A stretch of DNA of 63,269 nucleotides, filler included, from Candidatus Sysuiplasma jiujiangense (GTDB lineage: Archaea; Thermoplasmatota; Thermoplasmata; Sysuiplasmatales; Sysuiplasmataceae), in assembly GCA_019721075.1 (NCBI GenBank). It is 3 parts of 3 records of this genome, joined end to end, with 100 filler letters (N's around TTAATTAATTAA, not from the genome) between each part and the next. Parts side by side here need not be neighbours in the genome. Positions count along the whole stretch, not along the records: positions 1 to 23,145 come from JAHEAD010000021.1; 2 more parts are not named here. One strand, written 5' to 3'. Of the stretch, positions 1 to 8,200 are shown piece after piece. Positions within the stretch are counted from its first letter, which is position 1; every line of letters begins with the position of its first letter. The translations under genes were made by a program, and so were the position numbers. The notes beneath the pieces are model-generated. The model made no database searches. It saw only the letters and a program-made list of their open reading frames with translations, and was not told the DNA's origin.

Positions 1-99
1 TGGTCATAGGGTTCCCACCGGTCCGTCTTCAGCGCCGTCAATTCTTCCTTCGTCTCTTCTTTCACTACTATGGTCTTGTCCATCTAAAGCCACCTACAG
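1..99 (+). repeat. Terminal direct repeat, copy 1 (assembly overlap of a circular contig)
   Basis: TGGTCATAGG...CCACCTACAG matches 23047-23145 exactly; 99 bp is a common assembler k-mer. Confidence 0.97.
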
Positions 100-115
100 A
101 GAGATACAGCAAGAC

Positions 116-130
116 TATACTTAAAGTTTT
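116..130. promoter_or_regulatory. Bidirectional TATA region between divergent RHH genes
   Basis: TATACTTAAAGTTTT lies ~25 bp upstream of ATG 149 (+) and reads TTTAAGTA on the minus strand upstream of the AGGTGG RBS and ATG at 83. Confidence 0.5.
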
Positions 131-148
131 GTGTGCGCCTACAGATGG

Positions 149-319
149 ATGATGACTGTAAGAGGCGAAAAGATAAATGTCCTCGTCCCCGAGGGGATGC
201 TGGCCAAAATAAACGACATCCTGAAAAGGGACCAGTCATGGATCTCAATTCAGGAATTTATAAGACAGGCGGTCGCAGAGAAGATCGAGAGAATTGAAAA
301 GGAGCACGCGATAGGATGA
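149..319 (+). CDS. Ribbon-helix-helix (CopG-like) transcriptional regulator
   Basis: KINVLVPEGMLAKINDIL...SIQEFIRQAVAEKI is a typical RHH pattern; the only clear + strand gene in the element. Confidence 0.8.
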   Translation: MMTVRGEKINVLVPEGMLAKINDILKRDQSWISIQEFIRQAVAEKIERIEKEHAIG

Positions 320-322
320 TGC

Positions 323-487
323 CTAAAGACCCTTCATGGATTCGTCGAGTTTCTGGAGAGCCCTTTCTTCCATTGTCCGCGCTATCCGCTTCGCCTCTCG
401 CAGCGTTTCCGCGGCAAGAATCATCCGTGCCATTCTCAGTGTCGACTTTATGTATCCATTCAGGAACTCAATATCCAGTCTATCCAT
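323..487 (-). CDS. Small hypothetical helical protein (54 aa)
   Basis: ORF MDRLDIEFLNGYIKSTLRMAR..., converging on the RHH gene. Confidence 0.5.
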   Translation of the reverse strand: MDRLDIEFLNGYIKSTLRMARMILAAETLREAKRIARTMEERALQKLDESMKGL

Positions 488-597
488 GGCTATTAGAAAA
501 ATCACGATTTCGATATTCTTTTCGCTTCAGATGAAAAATGAGCAAATGGATTAGAGTCCAATATCGCCGAAAGATGGGTATAAAAGGGCCAGCAGCC

Positions 598-906
598 TCA
601 TTTGCCCTGGTGTTCTTCGTTCGCCTTCCGGAGGGTTATTGCCATGTTCACTGCGTCCTCGAGGCTCCGGTTTCCATGTTCCCTGGCAAGGTCTCTTGCC
701 TTGATGAGGTATTCCATCTTGATTTTCTCCCGCCCATTCGCGCCCTTCTCGAATGCCCTGTCTCCGTATTCCCGGCGGACGTACTCAGTAACCCGGCCTG
801 GATGCCTGATGGATCCCTGGATCCAGTACGGGTCATGACGGATTGAATTCTTCCTCGGTGTTACCGGGTAGTGTTCTCCTCCCTTTCTGGACCTGAAATC
901 TGCCAT
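598..906 (-). CDS. Fusellovirus VP2-like DNA-binding virion protein
   Basis: WIQGSIRHPGRVTEYVRREYGDRAF...IKMEYLIKA...RSLEDAVNMAITLRK mirrors SSV1 VP2 as recalled (WVQKAIKRPGRVHRYLMRLYGKRAF...IKASYLDKA...RSLLSALLLAKRLKR). TTTATGTA box ~25 bp upstream. Confidence 0.8.
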   Translation of the reverse strand: MADFRSRKGGEHYPVTPRKNSIRHDPYWIQGSIRHPGRVTEYVRREYGDRAFEKGANGREKIKMEYLIKARDLAREHGNRSLEDAVNMAITLRKANEEHQGK

Positions 907-1328
907 GGACAGATATTATGCACCCAATACATAAACATTCACCGGAATCGATGGTATTTTTATTCACGACCAATTTAGAAATCGATGGTTGAATTTTTCA
1001 TCTTCGACAGGTAAATAATCACGGACAATCATTCTGGGGGTGCCGCGGCGGACTGGGGCTGCGCAGGGGGTAAAACATCGACTCCATGGATCAATTAAGC
1101 CACCCCCCTCCCCGTCCCCGTTCTGTTTGAGGACAAATAAAAGCAGCTGCTTCGCCCTTTGCTTACGGTCCGGGATCTCCGCCCCGTGTCAATCAGATAT
1201 TTGTTTTAGTATATAAGGTAGGATGGAAAAAAGTTCCACATGTATGTACAAATGTTCCACTACTTTCTACCCTTCAGGTGAGGATCATACCTGTCTTCCT
1301 TAGGAGGTCCAGTAGACTTCATTCTTCC

Positions 1329-1497
1329 GATTAACTCGTTTAACTGATTAACTCCCCTTATCAGGGAATCAGTATTTTCCTTGGTTAGCAGAGAGTTAAT
1401 CGAATTTTTTGAATCTGGATTTCGATTAACTTCGTTTAACTCATAGTTAAACGAGTTAATTGAGTTAATCAAGTTAATGAAGTTAAACGAGTTAAAC
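1329..1497. repeat. AT-rich 9-bp repeat array (RAGTTAAWN-like) with inverted copies; origin/operator-like
   Basis: Six tandem 9-mers at 1444-1497 (TAGTTAAAC GAGTTAATT GAGTTAATC AAGTTAATG AAGTTAAAC GAGTTAAAC), plus inverted copies at 1329-1354 and 1421-1443. Confidence 0.85.
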
Positions 1498-1539
1498 GCT
1501 AACTGTTTTTCCTCAACGGGGATCTTTATACCACACTGT

Positions 1540-2520
1540 TCAGGAGCTCCCGGGGATGCACATGATGCCCTCGTACTTGTGGCACCTGGGACACCGCGGA
1601 GGGTTGTTCGTCTTTGAGGTCCATACGTAACCACAGCTCGGGCACTGCGCGATCCATTTTGGCTGGATGTCCAGTATGGACCAGTACGCCTCGCGGGAGA
1701 ACATGTCGAACGTCGAAACACCATGGACCTTGTCGATGTACTGAGGGAGGTAATCCCTGCTGGTTATCGGCGTGTCCAGGATGTTGAAAAGACCGCCGTT
1801 CGTGAGCAGCGGGTAGCCGCGTTCCAGGTTGTTCAGGAGTCCCTGGCTCACAGGGGTCCTCCCGGGGATCTTCCTGCCTCCCCTCACATAGCCGAAGTAG
1901 ACAATCATGTTGATTATCTTGTAATAGAGGCTGGTATACTGGTGGACGCTGAATCTTGTGCTCACGTTGTTCTTCCGCAGAGTCCCGAAGATTTTCGCGA
2001 ACTGGTTCGTGATATGATACCATTCATCCTCCGGGCTCCCGGGAAAAAGCTCGTCGGCCTCATCTATGAACACAGTCACCCATTCGGAGGTCTTCCGGGC
2101 TTCGAGCGCATGGAAGAAAAGCGTCCACCATGCGGCCTGCTGGACAGGGGAAAGGCCGCATGTAATGATGACGTTCATGAACCTGGTATCGCACAGGCCG
2201 AGCGCATCCTCCGGGGATTCGCAGTTGCTCACGAGAATGTTCTGCAATGGTTTTGCTTCCTTATCTATCTGGACATGGTCGATGGTGACCTTCGCCCCCT
2301 GGACGATAAGGTTCACGGGCATGAACTTCTGGAACACAGACCAGGTATCGGAGGACTTTCCTTTCCATACCGTCAGGTCTCCTCTCCGGAAGGCATCCCT
2401 CGCCATCTTCTGGAGCAGCAGTGTCTTTCCCTGCCCCTTTGGACCTATCACCAGGAAGTCGGTGCCCCCATCGGGCGTATGCTCCATCATGGTCTCGTAG
2501 ATCATCTTCTCTCTTTTCAT
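1540..2520 (-). CDS. FtsK/HerA-superfamily P-loop ATPase (putative packaging/extrusion) with C-terminal Zn ribbon
   Basis: Walker A GPKGQGKT, Walker B VFIDEAD, LRK, SVHQ motif; CPSC...CPRC at the C-terminus. Confidence 0.8.
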   Translation of the reverse strand: MKREKMIYETMMEHTPDGGTDFLVIGPKGQGKTLLLQKMARDAFRRGDLTVWKGKSSDTWSVFQKFMPVNLIVQGAKVTIDHVQIDKEAKPLQNILVSNCESPEDALGLCDTRFMNVIITCGLSPVQQAAWWTLFFHALEARKTSEWVTVFIDEADELFPGSPEDEWYHITNQFAKIFGTLRKNNVSTRFSVHQYTSLYYKIINMIVYFGYVRGGRKIPGRTPVSQGLLNNLERGYPLLTNGGLFNILDTPITSRDYLPQYIDKVHGVSTFDMFSREAYWSILDIQPKWIAQCPSCGYVWTSKTNNPPRCPRCHKYEGIMCIPGSS

Positions 2521-2876
2521 TCTGGCTCCGGCTCCTCATGCCTGAGGCCCTTCTTTGCCTCAGTCCTGAATTTCAAGCCAAGGTCGCCGTAGAGCATCGA
2601 GCACTGGACGGCCCAGCGGTTCATTATCTCGAACATCTGCATGTCGAACTCATTCGGGTCCGTACGGAGCAGAGGCAGGATCTCGCTGATCGCTTTCCGT
2701 ATTTTCATGAACTCCCTGCGGTAGCCCTCCGTCGCCGACTGGTAGAAATGTATGTGGAAGCGGTTCAACGCTGCGTACCATTTCTTCCGGCTTTCCGGCG
2801 TGATTTCCGGAGGCACTTCTATCGCCTCCTGGTACACCTGCTGGTCAAAGGTCACCGGCACCGGTTCTTCGTTCAT
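2517..2876 (-). CDS. Hypothetical protein, morphogenesis operon
   Basis: 119-aa ORF with ATGA overlaps to both neighbours. Confidence 0.7.
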   Translation of the reverse strand: MNEEPVPVTFDQQVYQEAIEVPPEITPESRKKWYAALNRFHIHFYQSATEGYRREFMKIRKAISEILPLLRTDPNEFDMQMFEIMNRWAVQCSMLYGDLGLKFRTEAKKGLRHEEPEPE

Positions 2877-3421
2877 TCAGATTCCTCCATTGTGTATTGA
2901 CGGGGGATGATGATGCGTTCGGTTGTCCTGTTGGCGCTTATCATTCTTATGTATTCGATATCATCCGGGAATGAAATCGGGAGTGGGATCTGCTCGTGCT
3001 GTATCGGTGTCGAGAATTCAGCCCTGTCCTGCGCAGACACAAAGACATTGTTCTTGAAGTTCGCCATGACGTCAAACAGGACCTGGCGAAGGTCGTGGCG
3101 CATTGCCTGGACGCGCGCCTTGTCAAACCTCTCGTATGCCTTGATTATTTCCTCGTCCGAAGGCTCCTGCTTCCTTGTGGCTATGTACTCCCGGATCCAG
3201 TGCGACACTGTCACATCAAGGGCGAGGTCCGCGTCTTCCTCCATCTCGATCCACCGGTGCCCGATCTCCGGTATGTCCTCAGTGGGCGCGAGGAAAAGCA
3301 TCGATACCTGATCCTCGGAGAGTCCGGCGAGTCTCCCTGTCCTTTCGATGAATTCCCTTATCCTCCGGATGTTGGCATTCGGTGCCTTCTCCTTCTTATT
3401 CTCCTGTTTCGTCTGTGTCAC
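2873..3421 (-). CDS. Hypothetical protein, morphogenesis operon
   Basis: 182-aa ORF, GTG start, overlapping its neighbours. Confidence 0.7.
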   Translation of the reverse strand: MTQTKQENKKEKAPNANIRRIREFIERTGRLAGLSEDQVSMLFLAPTEDIPEIGHRWIEMEEDADLALDVTVSHWIREYIATRKQEPSDEEIIKAYERFDKARVQAMRHDLRQVLFDVMANFKNNVFVSAQDRAEFSTPIQHEQIPLPISFPDDIEYIRMISANRTTERIIIPRQYTMEESE

Positions 3422-4568
3422 CTCCGGCTGCCTTGCTCACCAGGTCGAGATCGTAGATCGTCCTGGTGGTTTTGTAGAGGCGTTTCTTATCGAGGAGACG
3501 CGCAGCGATATCCGGCTGCCCGTTCATCCTGAAGTCTTGCTCAAGTATGTGCTGCTCCAGGCGGATCTTGCTGTCGTGCTGGTCCTGATAGGCCTGGTAG
3601 TGCTCAAGCCTGGCGAGCAGGAGCACCTCATTATCGAGTACACGCTGCAACCTGAGGAGGCGGAGGCTTCCAGGCTGGCTCTCCCATTCATCCAGTTCCT
3701 TGAGGGCCCTTTCGTTCGCCGTCCTGACGCCAAGGACATACTGTTTTTCCTTCTTCGTGAGGCTGCTGAGAGGCGTCAGCGACGGTGCGGCTTTCGCGAG
3801 TATGCTGTCCCTCTCCTGGATATCCCGGAGGATAAATTTCTCCATGACCTTTATCTTCGAATAGTCCGCCTCGCTGATCGATCCCTTTTTCGCGAGGCTC
3901 CTTATCTTCTTCTGCTGCTTCGTGAGTGCATTCACGCGCTGGAAGTAATCCATTGCGGTGGTGATGTTCTCCCGGTAGTTGGCCTGTCCGATGGCGGTGA
4001 AGCCGTCGGGGGAGCTTGATGCGCCCAGCGTGATGTCGCCGTAATCCCCGTGCAATCCGGTCACATTCTCGAAGTTGATCGTTTTGCCCACCTGCCAGTC
4101 GTAATAATGGTAGAGGGCTATTCCTGTCACGTCCTCGCTGATGAAATCTGCCACAATCTCGCCGTTCTCGTCCTTCGTGTTCCTCAGGCGGATAGGCCTG
4201 TCCTTCATCCTGACCTCTATGTGCGTCCTGACGTGATCCTTCGAGATCTTCGCGACCGTCCACGCAGAGGCGGCGTATGATATGAACGTTGAAAGGATAA
4301 CAATCCCGAAGAACTCCGGGAAATAGAGGTAGACAGCAGCGAGTATGCCGGTGACAATGCCGATGAACAGCAGGATGTAGATAACGCCGTCCTCGAACAG
4401 TATCTCCGCCCAGTACTGCTTGAGGTTCTGCCCAGGCTTTCTCGATATCCTGGGGATGCGCCTCCTTGGCCTAACCCTCCTCCCGAATGGAAAGAGGAAG
4501 TTTCGCTTGACCACTTCGTACTGTGAATCGTCCGGGAGCGGTTCATTGGGAGTAAGCGGTTCCGTCAT
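3396..4568 (-). CDS. Membrane protein with two N-proximal TM helices and a cytoplasmic helical domain
   Basis: VIYILLFIGIVTGILAAVYLYF and FFGIVILSTFISYAASAW, followed by a long charged region. Confidence 0.75.
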   Translation of the reverse strand: MTEPLTPNEPLPDDSQYEVVKRNFLFPFGRRVRPRRRIPRISRKPGQNLKQYWAEILFEDGVIYILLFIGIVTGILAAVYLYFPEFFGIVILSTFISYAASAWTVAKISKDHVRTHIEVRMKDRPIRLRNTKDENGEIVADFISEDVTGIALYHYYDWQVGKTINFENVTGLHGDYGDITLGASSSPDGFTAIGQANYRENITTAMDYFQRVNALTKQQKKIRSLAKKGSISEADYSKIKVMEKFILRDIQERDSILAKAAPSLTPLSSLTKKEKQYVLGVRTANERALKELDEWESQPGSLRLLRLQRVLDNEVLLLARLEHYQAYQDQHDSKIRLEQHILEQDFRMNGQPDIAARLLDKKRLYKTTRTIYDLDLVSKAAGGDTDETGE

Positions 4569-5188
4569 TTCTTATCATCTCCGTACATTTCGCGGTGCCT
4601 GAAATCATCGCCCGCATAGAGCTGAAGGGGAGAGCGCTTGCTTTTCTTGTACCTGTAGAGAAGGACAGTGAAGGAGGGGATCATGATGCCCATCAGAAGC
4701 GCTATGGCGAAACCAAATGACTCTAGGTCACCTGTCGTGAATTCCAGCACGATGATGTGAAGCTGCTGGCTGACATAATGGATGTAGTTCGTGACCGTGA
4801 TGAAGTCCAGGGAATAGTTGAACGACACGGAAATGCCCAGAGCGGATGAGAATATATTGAACGAAAGAACATAGAGGCCTATCAACGTGCTGTTCAGATC
4901 CACTATCGTTTTTATGTACGAGAAATAACCGGAATAGATCTGGGAGCCGTCAGCTGATATGGTATAGGTCGAATTTCCCGGAGACCGCATTATTATCTCG
5001 AACTGCGGCGACATATATGATGTCTGGTTTGGGAGCGCCGTGAGCGGGATGTTGTTGATACTCGAGAGGCCTATTATCTGGGCATTTATCTCGGTTGCAG
5101 GTCCAGCCTGCGGAGGGCCCTGTGCGTTCGCCACGGAAGGCACAAGGAGCCCCGTGAGAACCAGAAGCATCGCCGTCATTACCATCAT
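4565..5188 (-). CDS. Signal-peptide protein with C-terminal TM anchor (virion/envelope); start may be ACG at 5224
   Basis: Hydrophobic N-terminus ending ANA; C-terminal FGFAIALLMGIMIPSFTVLLY followed by KKSKR. Confidence 0.75.
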   Translation of the reverse strand: MMVMTAMLLVLTGLLVPSVANAQGPPQAGPATEINAQIIGLSSINNIPLTALPNQTSYMSPQFEIIMRSPGNSTYTISADGSQIYSGYFSYIKTIVDLNSTLIGLYVLSFNIFSSALGISVSFNYSLDFITVTNYIHYVSQQLHIIVLEFTTGDLESFGFAIALLMGIMIPSFTVLLYRYKKSKRSPLQLYAGDDFRHREMYGDDKK

Positions 5189-5213
5189 CGTCTTCTTTTT
5201 TCCAATCTTACTT

Positions 5214-8200
5214 TTAGATTCCGTCTTTCTTCACCTTCTTTGCTCTCTGCCTTATTGATCTTATCTTTCCTGATGTTGCAAGGTTGACTATCCTGTTCAG
5301 CCTGTCCTTCGGGATCTTCTCGTATATGGCCTGCTCCGGAGGCGTAAGCGGGATGCCTGCCAGAACTTTCTCTATCACGCTGCTCTCGATGTTAAGCCCC
5401 ACGGTGTTTTCTTCGTTTTTCAGGGTGATGCTGCGCCTGCGCAGGTACCGGTAGGCATAGTACGCCACACCAAGGACAGTCACAACTGATGCCAGGAGAT
5501 CTATGTTATTGGAAAGATACGCACTGAGCTCACCCAGGCTGTTGGGAGGGCCTGACGCAGGATTGTAGGCGACCACGATGAATCCAGAATGCGAGGATGC
5601 ATACGCATAGCTCCCTGCCACCATTGTCCTCGACACGTTGCTGTAGATCGTATAGGAGCTGCCGGTCCTTGATATATTCAGGCTGAAGCCTATTATTCCA
5701 GGCGCTACGTAGTACGGATGCGAGACAGCGATGAGATTTCCATTTGAATAGATGAGAACCGTGAGATTCCCGAGAACGGAATGCGTGTAACGCGCGTCCA
5801 TTGGCGTTCCGTTGCCATAATCCACGCTTATGCTTCCATTCGTCGGCGTCCTGGCCTCTATCTCTGCCGGCACCGATAGAGTGAGCTGCATTCCGACCTG
5901 GACGGAGGCCTGGAACGTGAGGGGAAGCGAATATTGCGCGGATATCGTCGAGCCTCCTGATGAAAGATAGCCCTCGATGAAAAGCACATAGGATCCCGGC
6001 GACACCGGGGCGGTGAAGTTGACGACAAGATAGTCTGTCTCCGTAACCGAGAGAGGAACGCTCGTCTGCCCGCTCTCGAGGGTCACCGTCGAATTTGACA
6101 CAAATTCCCGGAGCTGCTGGATCGTCAGGGCGGTTCCATTTGAGCAGTACATGCCGAAGTCAAGGCTCACAGGGGAGCCGGTCTGTATCAGCGAGGGGGC
6201 ATCCTTCGGGACTATGGAGAAATGGTCGGTGGAATTGTAGATCTGGTTTATCCTGTTGTTGAACTGCTGGCTCGTAAGGAGCTGCTGCCCGAAGATGACG
6301 TAGTTCTGGTTCTGTGCCAGTGAGATATTTGTACTGAAGGTTGCGTTGTCATGCAGGTAGAGATGATAGGACCCCGCGGCAAGATAAAGCGATGCCGTAT
6401 CCCCGACCATGTCAGTGAAGGTGTATGACCGGGATCCCCTGGAGATGTTCACGTATTCGGTGGCCTGCTGCGAGCCTGGAGCAGCCTGCTCATCATTCCT
6501 GAACGAGAGCTCATAGCTGGGAGTGCCGATCTGAATCGTGAAGGACTGTATCGTTCCCCCCACGGTAAGATTCTCCTGCGCCAGGACATCACCCAGTGGA
6601 TCCAGTACGTGCACGTTTAGGGATTCGCCGACCTGGAACGTGAGAGGGATGTCGGCCTGGTAGTCAGCCCCGTTTATCTCGAGAGTTATGTTGTCGGGAG
6701 GATATGTATCCAGGGGACCTGCGCCAGAGGCAGTGTATGCCTGGACGGTGAATGTGACCTGAGCAAGCGGAGCTGTAACGTTCACGTAAAGGGTCTGCGC
6801 AGGTGCATCAGCCCGGAACGTTCCTGAGTATATGACGTTCCTGCCAAGAGAAGAATCGAATATATCGGCATACCATTGGTATGATGAATCGTTCCCGACG
6901 TAGAATGCCAGGTATGAATTGAATGCCACGGCTATGCCGTTCTGCGAGAGCTGGATGGTTGTGGCTGATGTGTTCACGAACTGGACTGTGACAAGAGACA
7001 GGGACAGCGGGATGTCAAAGGCAAACTGCGAGCCGTCCATGAGCAATGAGGATGAAACGCCAACAATACCATCCCATGGATCAAGTATGTAGAATTGATC
7101 CGTCGAGCCAAACGGCACCATGAAGTATTCTGATGACTCGTTCACATAGTGAATGGTGCTCGAACCGAACAGCGTGTATCGGTCCTGGATGATGAACTCG
7201 GAGAGGTCGGCGGCGCTGATTGTCTGGTTGCCCGATTGCAGCTGTACCGAGACCTCCATCGGGGAACCCAAAAGGGAGGAGGGCTGCACGAAGCTCAGGG
7301 TGAATTCTGATACCAATGAGACGTTCGTGAACAGGACCTCGGAGTCATAGGCGAAGTCCTGGGCGACATAAGAGGGTGACCCGTACTGGAAAAGCCAGGA
7401 GGCATTGTAGTTTATCTGTACAAACCTGAAATCGAAATAATTCGGTATGAAGTACGTGAATGACTGATTCATGTTGCTTGGCGGATATATGGATACCGCT
7501 GAGTAGTGCACAAACGAGAGGTTGGACGAATTGACGAGCGTGGAATTCTCATGCGGATAGATATATTGCGTTATGCCGGAATAGCTGCTTTCCGTCAGTG
7601 ACTGGTTCGCGAAGACAGACTCTGCCGTCGGATAGAATATCTCCAGAATGGTTGCAGATCCAGAAGCCGGTATTGAATCCAGGCTAAGGAGCCAGGTGGC
7701 CGATGACGAGCTGTGAGCCTGCAATTCCGATTTTATCAGGGAGCCATTCGCATACCGGAACAGGACGTTCCTCATGACTGGATTCAGGTAAGGGGACCAA
7801 TAGGAGCTGCTCTCTGTCAATTCGTACGTAAAATCACCTGTGGGCGTTGTCCCTGTATTGTTGATGGCGATTGGGTACTGCTGTGTGAATGAATTGGCTC
7901 CAATCTCAACGGCAAACGTGGCATTGAGCGACGGGTAGAGGGGCGCGCTGTACTGGTACGACACAGAATAGAATGCGCCATCGAAATTGAGCGTCAGGGT
8001 GAACCCTGTCAGGCCTGCGCTTGGAGGATGCATCGTCATAGTTCCGGAGGCCGCATTGAAGGATGAATCCTGAAACTCTGCTCCTGCATCATAGGCGGTA
8101 ACCGATCCGACGATGTCGTTCACCGCAGTGAAATGCATGGTCACTACCTCGTTTGAAGTCAACGCGGTTCCGTATGGTGGAGATATTCCGACGGAGATAG

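Noticed and set aside
1..99. 99-bp repeat as biological attL/attR or terminal repeats
   Set aside because: It sits exactly at both contig ends, falls mid-gene and equals a usual k-mer size, so it is an assembly overlap showing circularity.
1260..1724. 154-aa ORF as a real gene
   Set aside because: It overlaps the ATPase by 185 nt, and its FNS/INS repeats are just the 9-bp array translated. Not excluded, but unsupported.
1723..2592. Long + strand ORFs opposite viral and host genes (e.g. 289 aa here; also 38271-39203)
   Set aside because: Antisense shadows of well-supported genes, with no motifs.
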